From Scyliorhinus canicula (taxonomy: Eukaryota): a DNA stretch of 64,000 bases. The position numbers and the translations under genes are program-made. Positions 10,598 to 22,267 of the stretch are shown one piece after another (position 1 is the first letter of the stretch; every line of letters begins with the position of its first letter). Where the stretch lies: contig NC_052157.1 in NCBI RefSeq assembly GCF_902713615.1, forward strand, positions 58,354,325 through 58,418,324, read 5' to 3'. Below the pieces are notes generated by a model that worked only from the letters and a program-made list of their open reading frames with translations, was not told where the DNA came from and ran no database searches.

Positions 10598-13196
10598 TGA
10601 TGGAACCATCAACTTAACGACCACCATCTCTCTCCAGGGACTATTGCTGGCCTCTATAATCCCCTCACTGAGAAGCCTTCAGACCTCTGATCTAACAAAT
10701 ACCCTATCCTGCAGGCTGTACCGCCTGCGACGAGTGGCTACAGGTTTACAGTCCTTTGTGAGATTGGCGAAGAGAGGAGGGGGGAAGATTCGCAGCGTAG
10801 CGAGGCTGCAGATAGTGAGTGGGGGCAGGGGCCCGCCGAAGCTGAGGGTGAGGCTCTTAAGGTTCACTGAAAATCTAGACCTAATGAGAGTGGCGTGCAG
10901 AGGCCGGGCAAAATGTAGAATTGAAATTTTGCATAGCTAGCGCCTCGGATTGTGAGTGTTGCGGCGGTGCGCCCCGGATCTGGACAGAATGGGAGCCTGA
11001 AGCGAGCTAGATAGTTTGCCGCACGGGGAAAACGGGGAGCGAACAGCATCTTACCAGGTCTGGGTGTATGAAGCTCTCAGTGATCCCAGAGTCGAAAAGA
11101 GGGTTGGAATATAAAAGCAGCGATGTGCTACTGAGCCTTTATAAGGCTCTGGTTAGGCCCCATTTGGAGTACTGTGTCCAGTTTTGGGCCCCACATCTCA
11201 GGAAGGACATACTGGCACTGGAGCGTGTCCAGCGGAGATTCACACGGATGATCCCTGGAATGGCGGGTCTAGCATATGAGGAACGGCTGGCGTTCCTGGG
11301 ATTGTATTCATTGGAGTTCAGAAGGTTAAGGGGAGATCTAATAGAAACTTACAAGATAATACATGGCTTAGAAAGGATGGACGCAAAGAAACTGTTTCCG
11401 TTAGGCGAGGAGTCGAGGACCCGTGGGCACAGCCTTAGAATTAGAGGGGGTAAATTCAAAACAGAAATGCGGAGACATTTCTTCAGCCAGAGAGTGGTGG
11501 GCCTGTGGAATTCATTGCCGCAGAGTGCAGTGGAGGCCGGGACGCTAAATGGCTTCAAGGCAGAGATAGATAAATTCTTGATGTCGCGAGGAATTAAGGG
11601 CTATGGGGAGAATGCTGGGAGGTGGAGTTGAAATGCCCATCAGCCATGATTGAATGGCGGAGTGGACTCGATGGGCCGAATGGCCTTACTTCCACTCCTA
11701 TGTCTTATGGTCTTATGGAAAAGGCATGGCATGTTGTACCCGTTGATTTGGACCTCTGCCATCGAATTTCGCAGATGCTTCGGGCGCGATTGGTCCAGGA
11801 TGACTGCGCCGAGTTGCGGGCCACGTGACGAACGCCCGGGGAGGTTGTACTCTTCCGATGAGTTGTCCGAGCGTGGAGATGCAGGTCGGGCCCGTGGATC
11901 GCACGTAGCGGGCGGCGAGGAAGATGGTGTCCAAGATGGCGGCCCCCATGAGTCGCACGTGGCCGGCCGCGTGGTGGAGGTTTGCCAAGATGGCGGCCCC
12001 CATGGCTCGCACGTGGCGGGAAGGAGCAGGGTCGGGGCATAGGCCACAGTGTTTCGGGCCCCGTGGGGAGCGATTACTTCGTGCCGCTGGGGAGTTGGAA
12101 GCTGGGGCCCTTTTTGCGAGGCACACTCTCGCGTAATGGCCTTTCCGCCCGCAGCTGCTGCAGGTCGCGTTGTGGGCCGGGCAGTGCTGCCGCGGGTGCT
12201 GATGCTGGCCGCAGAAATGGCAGGCTGGAGCAGCATAGCGGCTGGCTGGAGCAGCATGGTGGCTGGGCGGCCGCGTGGCACAGGCCTGGGGGAGTCGCTG
12301 GTCGGGGGCCCATGATTGAGTCACGGGGTCCGCGGGGAACGAGGTGAGGCTGCGGAAGGAGACCCCCATTGTGGTAGCAATTTCCGCAGTTGTTTCTAAT
12401 CTTGGGCCCCCTTTTCCAGCAGTCATTGGCACACATAATTAGACCTGAGGCTCGCTACAAAAACATCGCGTACAGCAAGTTCTCTATGTTCAGCCGCGGT
12501 AACCGCTTGATAGTTACAGTCATTTGATAGATTATTGAGCTCTCTTAAAAATTCGGCGAGTGATTCTGTAAGCCGCTGGCGGCGCGTCGTGAACACATGG
12601 CGTGCGTAAACTTCGTTAATGGGCCTTACATACATCTTATCGAGTATCGCTAGCGCTGCAGTATATGAACCGGCTGAGTTTAGTTGCGTAGAGCTTCTGT
12701 GGCTCACCCTCGCGTGCAGTGGACTTAACTTCTGTTCCTCTGTTGTTTCGGCTGTGCTCGCTTCTGCCAGGTAGGCCTTAAAGCACCGCAGCCAGTGGGA
12801 GAAGATTTCTTTTGCCTCTGCATCCTGTGGGTCGAGTTCCAGGCGTCCAGGCTTGAGGGCTGTTTCCATGATCGATCCTGATTGTTCTTAAGTAGATTAA
12901 ATTGATGGAACCATCAATTCACTAGACACGTGCTTTAAGATATGAACAGTGGTTTTAATCTACTTACAACAGAGCCAGCCTGTTACCCGTCGAACTCTCG
13001 ATGAACTGCAGGATGGCTCTGGACAAGGGTATTGATACAGTAGTCCAGGGGGAGGAGTCATGGGCGGAGCCAAGGGTGGAGCCCTGTACAAACTCCTGAG
13101 CATTCCCAGAGCTACACCCCCTAGTGGTCGGATAACGGATGCGCTTACAATGGTATTGGTAAATACAGTGTGAATTACTAAGTTACATTCACCACA
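10598..13196 (-). mobile_element. Internally deleted Gypsy LTR retrotransposon (gag, protease, RT start)
   Basis: 5' LTR 13196-12903; gag (LKPGRLELDPQ) with CCHC knuckles; protease LFDSG; RT start SPWREMVVVK then only the last 14 bp of the 3' LTR. 5-bp TSD GTCTA at 10593-10597 and 13197-13201. Confidence 0.9.
11100..11718 (+). mobile_element. 5'-truncated CR1 LINE inserted in the Gypsy protease
   Basis: LYKALVRPHLEYCVQFWAP...LWNSLPQ; tail TCTTATGG repeats; GAAAAG duplicated at both flanks. Confidence 0.9.
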
Positions 13197-13239
13197 GTCT
13201 ATACCCCTGTTGGTAACAGCACCTCAAGTACAAATAAAG

Positions 13240-14830
13240 AACAAAGCAAATTGCAGCACAGGAACAGGCCCTTCGGCCCTACAAGCCTGGACCGATCATG
13301 CAGCCTGTCTGAATTAAAACCCCTTCCCTTCCTGGGACCACACCATCTATTCCCATCCTATTCATGTATTTGTCAAGATGCCCCTTAAAAGTCACTATTG
13401 TGTCTGCTCACTACCTCTCCTGCAACGAGTTCCAGGCACCCACTACCCTCGGTGTAAAAAACTTGCCTTGTACATCTCCTTTAAACCTTGCCCCTCACAC
13501 CTTAAACCTATGCCCCCTAGTAATTGACTCTTCCACCCTGGGAAAAAGCCTCGGTCTATGCCCCTCATTATCTTGTAGACATCTATCAGGTCACCCCTCA
13601 ACCTCCGTCGTCCCAGTGAGAACAAACCAAGTTTCTCCAACCTCTCCTCATAATTAATGCTGTCCATACCAAGCAACATCCTGGTACATCTTTTCTCCTT
13701 CTGGTAGTGTGGCGACCAGACTTGAACATGATATTCCAAGTGTGACCTAACTAAGGTTCTATAAAGCTGCAACATGACTTGCCCATTTTTAAACTCAATA
13801 CCCTGGCCGATGAAGGCAAGCATGTTGTATGCCTTCTTGACCACCTTCTATACCTGCGTTGCCACTTTCAGTGACCTGTGTACCTATACACCCAGATCCC
13901 TCTGCCTGTCAATACTCTTAAGGGTTCTGCCTTTTACTGTATATTTCCCATCTGTATTAGACCTTCTAAAATGTATTCCCTCACATTTGTCTGGATTAAA
14001 TTCCATCTTCTATCTCTCTGCCCAAGTCTCCAACCGATCTATAACCTGCTGCATCCTCTGACAGTCCTCATCACTATCCACAATTCCACCAACCTTTGTG
14101 TCGTCTGCAAAATTATTAATCAGACCAGTTACATTTTCTTCCAAATCGTTTAGATATACTACAAATAGCAAAGGTCCCAGCACTGATCCCCGAGGAACGC
14201 CATCAGTCACAGCTCTCCATTCAAAAATGCACCCTTGCATCTTCTATGACTAAGCCAGTTCTGTATCCATCTTGCCAGCTCGCCTCTGATCCCACGCGAC
14301 TTCACCTTCTGTACCAGTCTGCCATGAGGGACCTTGTCAAAGGCCTTACAGAGGTTCATGTACACAATACCCTACCCTCATCAATCATCTTCATCGCGGC
14401 CTTGAAAAATTCGATCAAGTTAGTGAAACATGACCTCCCCATCACAAGACCATGTTGCTCTCGCTAATATGTCCACTTTTTTCCAAATGGGAGCAAATAC
14501 AGTCTCGAAGAATCCCCTCCAATAATTTCCCTATAACTGAGGTAAGGCTCAGTGGCCTGTTATTACTTGGATTATCCTTGCTACCCTTTTTAAATAAATG
14601 AACAACATTGGCTATTCTCCAATCCTGTGGGACCTCCCCTGTAGCCAATAAGGATATAAAGATTACTCTCAAGGCCCCAGCAATTTCCTCCCTTGCCTCT
14701 CTCAGTATTCTGGGGTATATGGCATCAGGCCCTGGGGACTGGTCTACTTTAATGTTTTTCAAGACCCACTATACATCCTCCCTTTTGATCTCAACATGAC
14801 CCAAACTATCTACACACCCTTCCCCAGACT
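13240..14830 (-). mobile_element. CR1 LINE ORF2 fragment with 3' end, degenerate
   Basis: GVPRGSVLGPLLF, FADDTK, LYRTLVRSHLEY in shifted frames. Confidence 0.88.
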
Positions 14831-15156
14831 CATCGTTCAACAAGAATGGTATTCTTGATTAATAAGGGGGTTTCTTGATTAATAAGGGGAACAGGGATTA
14901 TGGGGAGAAGGCAGGAGAATGGGGATGACGAACATACCAGTCATGATCAAATGGTGGAGCAGACTCAATGGGCAGAACGCCCTCATTCTGCTCCTATATT
15001 TTATGGGGGATTTTAATTCCAAGGTTAGGTTTGGAGAAGCTGGGATGCTCTCCTTGGAGCGAAGAAGTTTGGGGAAAGATTTGATCGAGTAGGACAGGAT
15101 GATGACAGGTTTAGATAAAATAGAGAAAAAAAAGCTGTTGCCATCAGGAATTTCGA

Positions 15157-15880
15157 CCTCGCGTGACTGTCTGTGCAGAGTCTGCACATTCTCCCCGTGT
15201 CTGCGTGGGTTTCCTCCGGGTGCTCCAGTTTCCTCCCACAGTCCAAAGATGTGCAGGATTGGTTGATTGGCCATGCTAAATTGCCCCTTAATGTCCTGAG
15301 GTTAGGTGGGGTTACAGGGGTAGGGCGGGTGTCGACTAAATTATAAGTCATCACTTCGAGTTTTCGCCAAAGGTCGTTTAATTAAACACAAAGTTCATGG
15401 GGGGGTTGGAGAGACCACAGTCATTCCAATTGTCCCCGCTTTACAGAGGTAAAGGCAGGCAATTTATATGATACAGTAAGCAATATTTAGGACAGAAAGC
15501 ATTCTTTAGATTAGCAAGAGACAGAAAACCGAGCAGGCCGGAGTTAGATTTTAATGACAGGCCTTGGGTTCCTTGCCTAAAAAAAATTATTATTATATGC
15601 TGTCAGCAAAACAATGTGCAGCTGTATGCTTGTTTACATTCTATGACCTACTGACTATTTCATACAGAACTCTTGACTGAAATAAGGCTAAATATTCATC
15701 ATGCTTTGCCAAGTGCCTGTTTCCATGAAATATAGGCAAGCAGCTGGTTAAAATGAATACAGGGTATTAAGGCAACTAATACACCAACTAAAGTCCCTTC
15801 TACAGCGGGGGAGTGTGTCTAGCTGAGGTACAGACTTGATGGGCTGAACGGCCTCCTTCTGCACTGTAGGGATTCTAAAA
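15157..15880 (+). mobile_element. HE1/V-SINE-like SINE split by a solo LTR
   Basis: GTGGGTTTCCTCCGGGTGCTCCAGTTTCCTCCCACAGTCCAAAGATGTGCAGG core; tail resumes after 15809. Confidence 0.75.
15330..15804 (-). mobile_element. Solo LTR
   Basis: Minus strand TGTAGAAGGG...GTCGACA with ATTAAA near its end; 5-bp TSD GCGGG (15325-15329 and 15805-15809). Confidence 0.8.
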
Positions 15881-16295
15881 TTAGCTGATTGAGCAAGGAC
15901 CAGGGAGAGGGACACAGATTTCAGGTTTCAGGCAGCGGGGTGATGTGTGGAGGAACTTTTTTACACAGTAAGTATTAATTACCTGGAACTCACTGCCTAT
16001 AGGGTGGACGGAAGTGGAGACGATGAATGATTTCAAAAGGAAATTGGACGGAGACATGAGGGAAACAGACTCACAGAGATACGGGATAGAGCGGGCGGAA
16101 TGAGCCTGGTGGGATTGATCTCCACAGAGGGTCAGCATGGATTGGATGGGGTGAATGGCCACCTCTAGTGCTGGAACAACTCGATGACGCTAAAGTGATT
16201 CTAACCAGGACCAGTGTCTGGTTTCATTGTAACTTAACCCAACACCACACGGTATTTGGCTGCACTGGCAGACAAGATTGTTACTGCACAAAGCT

Positions 16296-16435
16296 TTAAA
16301 CAGACTGAGGACTTCCTTGAACTGTTCGTCTCTCCCAGACACAAATCCCAGCGACAGTGATAACGACAACCACAATGAATATCACAGCTCGTATTCCCAG
16401 GATCAGGATCACGTCCAGATTCTCTCCTCCACTGT
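16296..16435 (-). CDS. Terminal transmembrane exon with intramembrane Arg and short tail (activating-receptor type); candidate last exon of Siglec-like gene B
   Basis: Acceptor TGTGTTTTTCAG, phase 1; encodes (Y)SGGENLDVILILGIRAVIFIVVVVITVAGICVWERRTVQGSPQSV*. Not in the ORF track because it lacks an ATG. Confidence 0.75.
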
Positions 16436-16635
16436 CTGAAAAACACACAGAAAGAAATCATCATTTACTCTCTGCTTTCAATCTCTCACTCTGGCTGAAC
16501 AATCCAACTGAATATCACTGCGACATTTGCTGTAATATTGATCCATCCACTGGGATTAAATGGATCCTGAGTGGATAATCTGAAATCTCTCCTTAGCGTG
16601 GAACATTGGTGAGAATTGATCATTGTCCTGTTTGA

Positions 16636-17142
16636 CTCCCTGGCGTTGAGCCGCCCGGAAGGTGCGGAATCCTCCACACCTTCTGGGGCTAGGCCGGTGC
16701 CAGAGGGTTTGGTGCCACGCCAGCCGATATCAAAGGGCTTGGCGCCACGTCAACCGGCGCCGAAAGGCCTCCGCCGGCTGGCGCGAGTTGGCGCATGCGC
16801 GGGAATGGCAGCGTATGCTGGCGTCATCCCAGTGCATACGCAAGGGGGTTCGTCTCCGCACTGGCCATGGCGGAGGTCCACAGCAGCTGGTGCGGAGTGA
16901 GAGTGCCTCCACGGTACCCCCCGGGGCCAGATTCCCCCCGCCGGATGGACCGGCCTAAAACGGGCAGCCGCTCAGCCCATCGTGGGCCGGAGAATTGCCA
17001 GGGTGGGCCGCTGCCAGCGGCCGCCCATTCCTACCCCCGCCAAAACCCCGGCACCGGATAATTCGTCAGCCGGCGAGGGCAGGACTCACGCCACCCCCCC
17101 GGTAATTCTCCGGCCCGGCGGGGGGGTCGGAGAATTCCGCCC
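16636..17142. mobile_element. Non-autonomous Harbinger (MITE-like), left end unclear
   Basis: GC-rich; terminus GGAGAATTCCGCCC then CTG. Confidence 0.7.
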
Positions 17143-17341
17143 CTGGTTCATGATGCAGAGCGAGGCCAGCAGCGTGGGTTTATTTCCCATACTGGCTGAG
17201 GTTATTCACAAAATAATGTCACTGAACAGCTTCAGGGCATTCTGGAGAGGGAGGGAGATAAAACAGAGGTCATGGTACATGTTGGTACCAATGACATCGG
17301 AAGAAAGAGGGCTGAGGGGTTACATCAAGAATTCAGGGAAT

Positions 17342-17753
17342 TTTCATGATATGCAGGCACACACACACACATAATGATATACAGACAAGCAGCTAATGGA
17401 CACAGTAAACAGGACATGACCAATAAACAGGCAGGACACTCAGGGGTGGGATCTGACCATAAAAGACACGAGGCACTCACACTCCGCCTCTTTCCACTGA
17501 TGAACATCTAGAGAGTCAGTCAAGAATGTTGTTACAATCTCACACCTCCACCACGTGGCTAAGAGCTAGTCTGGTTCAGTCAGACAGAGTAACCACACTT
17601 AAGTTAACAGAGAGTCGAACTCACAGAGAGCTGTGCTAACTGTGCTATTAGTTCAATAAACCTGATTGAACTAACTTCAAGGTCTGGAGTATCTTTCTGA
17701 TCTAATCTGCATCCAGTTACAGCCAGTGTTAGACCAGTGTACCTAACGCAACA
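17342..17753 (+). mobile_element. Solo LTR in CR1 ORF1
   Basis: T(t)TCATGATAT...CAACA with AATAAA; TSD GGAAT/TGAAT (1 mismatch); layout like the 9178 LTR. Confidence 0.72.
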
Positions 17754-18316
17754 TGAATTAGGCAATAGACCTCTCGGGTTGTAATCTCTTGATTACACCC
17801 AGTCCCACGTTCTAGTGAATACAGAAATAGGAGAATAGCACAGATGAATGCATGGCTTAAGAGTTGGTGCAGGAGGGAAGATTTTAGATTCCTGGATCAT
17901 TGGGACCGTTTTTGGGGAAGATGGGACCTGTACAAGTGGGATGGTCTGCACCTTGTGGCGCTAACAATTGCACACAAAAGACTCGATACGGTACAAGAGA
18001 GGCTTTATTACAGTGAGAAGCTATTCCTTCGGCTGCAGCTGTAGAATGGCTTCTCAGGGAAACTTATGAATATTTATACTGCTCCCTGTGGGCGGAGCTA
18101 GCCGGCAGGGGCTTACCGGAAAACCTGTAATACAGGTACTGTCGTACATCCCCTAATGCAAGCACACACATATATACAGTGGTAGAGATCACCACATTCA
18201 CCCCCTGTAAAAAATGAGTCCGGCGGGGGTGACGTGAAACTATAATACATAAACGTGATCTATTTACAGAGGGGGGGGAAAAAGAACCAAGAGTCCATCG
18301 GGCAACCCAGTGCCCG

Positions 18317-20302
18317 TCACAGGTTGAGTCGGACCGGCGGTCGGACGTTCCGTTGCGAGCGGCGCAGCAGTGGTGGCGACGTCTGCACAGGCGGTGTCGG
18401 CGTCGACGGCGTAGGTGCTGACGGTGTTGGCACTGGCAAATGGCGCGATGACTCCGGGAGCGAGACAAAATCTTCCATGTCCTCTCGTGTGGGCAGGGGA
18501 ACGAGGGATGGACCTGGTGGGGCGGAATTCGGGGGTGCTGGGGAAAAGGAGAGTGGCGCGTGGGTAGGGAGGAGTGTGGGCATGGGGTCGGCACCCGAGG
18601 GAGCCAGGTCCCTGAGCGAGACTGTATCCTGGTGGCCGTCGGGGAACTCCACGTCGGCATACTGGGGGTTCGCGTGGGGCAGGCGTACCTTATCCACCAG
18701 AGGGTCTGTCTTGTGGAGTCTGACATGCCTACGAAGAAGGACTGGCCCTGGAGTAGCGAGCCAAGTCGGGAGCGACAACCCGGATGTAGACTTCCTAGGG
18801 AAGGCAAAAACACATTCATGGGGTGTACTGTTAGTTGCGGTGCACAGTAGCGACCGAATGGAATGGAGCGCGTCAGGGAGGACCTGCTGCCAGCGAGCGG
18901 CTGGGAGGTTCCTGGACCATAGGGCCAGCTGGACGGCCCTCCATAACGTCCCGTTCTCCCTCTCTACCTGCCCCTTTCCCCGGGGGTTGTAGCTGGTCGT
19001 CCTGCTGGAGGCGATATCCCTGCTGAGCAGGAACTGACACAGCTCATCACTCATGAATGAGGATCCCCTGTCACTGTGGATATATTCGGGGAAACCTAAC
19101 AGAGCGAATATGGAATCCAGGGCCTTGATGACGGTGGCAGACGTCATATCCAGGCATGAGATGGCGAAGGGGAACCTAGAGAATTCATCGACCACACTAA
19201 GGATGTACGTGTTGCGGTCGGTGGAGGGGAGGGGCCCTTTGAAATCCACGCTGAAGCGTTCAAAGGGGCGGGACGCTTTCACCAGGCGCGCGCGGTCTGG
19301 CCGGTAGAAGTGCGGCTTGCACTCCGCACAGACCTGGCAGTCTCTGGTGACTGTCCGTACTTCCTCGACAGAGTAGGGCAGATTGCGGGCTTTGACCAGA
19401 TGGTACAACCGAGTGACCCCCGGATGGCAAAGGCTCTCGTGCAAGGCACGTAGCTGATTCACTTGTGCGCTGGCACATGCACCTCGGGAGAGGGCATCTG
19501 GGGGTTCGTTGAGCTTGCCAGGGCAATACAAGATCTCGTAATTATAGGTGGAGAGCTCGATTCTCCACCGCAAGATTTTGTCGTTTTTGATCTTGCCCCG
19601 CTGCGTGTTGTTAAACATGAAGGCTACCGACTGTTGGTCAGTGAGGAGAGTGAATCTCCTGCCGGCCAGGTAATGCCTCCAGTGCCGCACCGCTTCAATG
19701 ATTGCCTGGGCCTCCTTCTCAACAGAGGAGTGTCGGATTTCGGAGGCGTGGAGGGTGCGGGAAAAGAATGCCACGGGTCTGCCTGCCTGGTATAGAGTGG
19801 CGGCAAGGGCGCCATCTGAAGTGTCGCACTCTACTTGGAAGGGCAGTGTCTCGTCTACTGCGTGCATCCCGGCCTTGGTTATGTCTGAGCGAATACGAGC
19901 GAAGGCCTGTTGTGCCTCGGCCGTGAGGGGAAATTGTGTGGACTGGATCAGTGGGCGGGCCTTGTCCGCGTATTGTGGGACCCACTGGGCATAGTAAGAA
20001 AAGAACCCCAGGCAGCGTTTGAGAGCCTTGAGGAAGTGGGGGAGGGGAAGCTCCATGAGGGGGCGCATGCGGTCGGGATCGGGCCCCAGTAGTCCGTTTT
20101 GGACTACGTAGCAGAAGATGGCTAAGCGGTCTGTGCGGAACACGCACTTCTCCTTGTTGTAAGTGAGGTTGAGGAGAGATGCGGTGTGGAGAAATTTAGC
20201 AAGGTTGGCGTCGTGGTCCTGCTGGTCATGGCCGCAGATGGTGACATTGTCTAAGTACGGAAACATGGCCCGCAGTCCGTACCGGTCAACCATTCGGACC
20301 AT
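18317..20302 (-). CDS. Gypsy pol segment: RT C-half, RNase H, integrase
   Basis: 661-aa ORF: FPYLDN, ECDTSD..VAFFSRTL..EKE, HHCC finger, SVDFKGP/HSDRG/ERENG DDE triad; no chromodomain. Confidence 0.9.
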   Translation of the reverse strand: MVRMVDRYGLRAMFPYLDNVTICGHDQQDHDANLAKFLHTASLLNLTYNKEKCVFRTDRLAIFCYVVQNGLLGPDPDRMRPLMELPLPHFLKALKRCLGFFSYYAQWVPQYADKARPLIQSTQFPLTAEAQQAFARIRSDITKAGMHAVDETLPFQVECDTSDGALAATLYQAGRPVAFFSRTLHASEIRHSSVEKEAQAIIEAVRHWRHYLAGRRFTLLTDQQSVAFMFNNTQRGKIKNDKILRWRIELSTYNYEILYCPGKLNEPPDALSRGACASAQVNQLRALHESLCHPGVTRLYHLVKARNLPYSVEEVRTVTRDCQVCAECKPHFYRPDRARLVKASRPFERFSVDFKGPLPSTDRNTYILSVVDEFSRFPFAISCLDMTSATVIKALDSIFALLGFPEYIHSDRGSSFMSDELCQFLLSRDIASSRTTSYNPRGKGQVERENGTLWRAVQLALWSRNLPAARWQQVLPDALHSIRSLLCTATNSTPHECVFAFPRKSTSGLSLPTWLATPGPVLLRRHVRLHKTDPLVDKVRLPHANPQYADVEFPDGHQDTVSLRDLAPSGADPMPTLLPTHAPLSFSPAPPNSAPPGPSLVPLPTREDMEDFVSLPESSRHLPVPTPSAPTPSTPTPPVQTSPPLLRRSQRNVRPPVRLNL

Positions 20303-21697
20303 TTCTCGCTGAAATACCGAGACCCCATTAGTGACGCCGAAGGGAACCCTAAGAAATTGATACAGTCGACCGTCTGCCTCGAAGGCAGTGTAGGGACGGT
20401 CCGATTTACAGATGGGGAGCTGGAGGTAGGCGGATTTCAGATCAATTGTGAAGACCCGGTACTGTGCAATCTGATTGACATATCAGATATGCGAGGGAGT
20501 GGGTATGCGTCGAGCTGCGCGTACTGGTTGATGGTCTGGCTGGAGTCCACGACCATCCTGTGTTTCTCCACCACCACTTGGGCCCTCCAGGGGCTATTGC
20601 TGGCCTCGATAATACCCTCCCGAAGCAGCAGCTGGACCTCGGACCTGATGAAGGACTTGTCCTGGGAGCTGTACCATCTGCTCCTGGTGGCGGCGGGCTT
20701 GCAGTCTGCAGTCAGATTGGCAAAGAGGGAGGGAAGGTCAACCTTGAGGGTCGTGAGGCCGAAAACGGTGATGGGAGGTAGGGGTCTGCCGAATTTGAGG
20801 GTGAGGCTCTGGAGGTTACATTGGAAATCCAGGCCCAGTAAGAGTGGCGCACAGAGGGTGGGGAGAACGTACAGGCGGAAACGGTTGAATTCAACGCCCT
20901 GTACGGTGAGTTTGACCAGACATAAGCCCCGGATCGGGACAGGGTGGGATCCGGAGGCCAGGGAGATCTGCTGGTTGGCAGGATGGACCGCAAGGGAGCA
21001 GCGCCTTACTGTGTCCGGATGGATGAAACTGTCCGTGCTCCCGGAGTCGATGAGACAGGAGGTCGCGTGGCCGTTGATGAGCACCATCGTAGAAACGGTG
21101 GCCAGGTTGCGAGGGCGGGATTGGTCGAGCATCATGGAGGCGAGTAGCGGGCGATTGACCGAAGAGTCCAACGAGTCCGATGAGTCGCGGCTGCGACCCG
21201 GGTCCCGTGGTCCCGTTCCAAGGGGAGGACAAAATGGCGGCGTCTGGAGTACCTGCGGAGAAGAAGATGGCGGCGCCCATGCAGCGCACGTTGCAGGGGC
21301 GGGGCAAGATGGCGGCGACCATGGAACGCACACGGAGTCGGAGGATGAAGCTGGCAGCACCATGGTGCGCACATGGCGGGGGCGGCGAAAGATGATGGCG
21401 CCCACTGATCGCACGTGGCCCCGGGGGCAGCGGACGGCAGGGCCCATTGCACGATCGGCTGCGGCGAGGGGGGGAGTTTGGGCGCGATAGCGGCAACTGC
21501 GCGGGACTAACACACCGCTGCAAAGTGGTCTTTCTTGCCACAGGATTTGCAGGTCGCGGTGCGGGCTGGGCAGCGCTGGCAGGGGAGCTTCTGCTGACCG
21601 CAGAAGTAGCAGCGGGGACCCCCAGGGTGCGTGGTGCGGCGAGCAGCGCAGGTGTAGTGCGCGGGGGAGGCTGCTGGGGGGGGGGCGGTTGCGGGGT

Positions 21698-22267
21698 TCA
21701 CGAGGGGTAGGATGGGTGCGCCGCACGGCTGGCGGGGTAGGATTGCACATTACGGGAAGTGGCCGTCATTGAGAGCGCTAAGGTCTTTGTTGCCACAAGA
21801 TCGAAAGCGGCCCCTTCCAGCAGTCGTTTCCGGATGGGGTCCGATGCAATATCCGTTACAAATACATCCCACATGAGTAGATTCAAATGTTCCATGGCCG
21901 AGACAGCCTGGCAGTCACAGTCCCGTACTAGAGGGATAAGAGCCCGCCAGAAGGCCTCAATCGACTCACCCGGTCGTTGAACGCGAGTGGCAAGTAAATG
22001 TCTCGCAAACAGAGTGTTCGTCGATTGAGCGTAATTCTCTTTGAGCAGTTCCATGGCCCGGGCGTAGGTAGGCGCATCCTGAATCAGCGGGAACACGCTG
22101 GAGCTCAGCCTTGAGTATAGGAGTTGTCCCTTCTGAGCCTCCGATGGTGCAGGGTCCGCTGAGGAGATGTAGGCCTCGAAAACAGCCAGCCAGTGGTTAA
22201 AGTCTTTCCTGGCGTGTGGCGACTGCTGATCCATCTGCAGGCGATCAGGCTTGATTCTGATGTCCAT
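21698..22267 (-). pseudogene. Gypsy gag N-terminal part ending at a premature TGA
   Basis: MDIRIKPDRLQMD...; CCHC knuckles and protease LIDSG follow in other frames. Confidence 0.85.
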
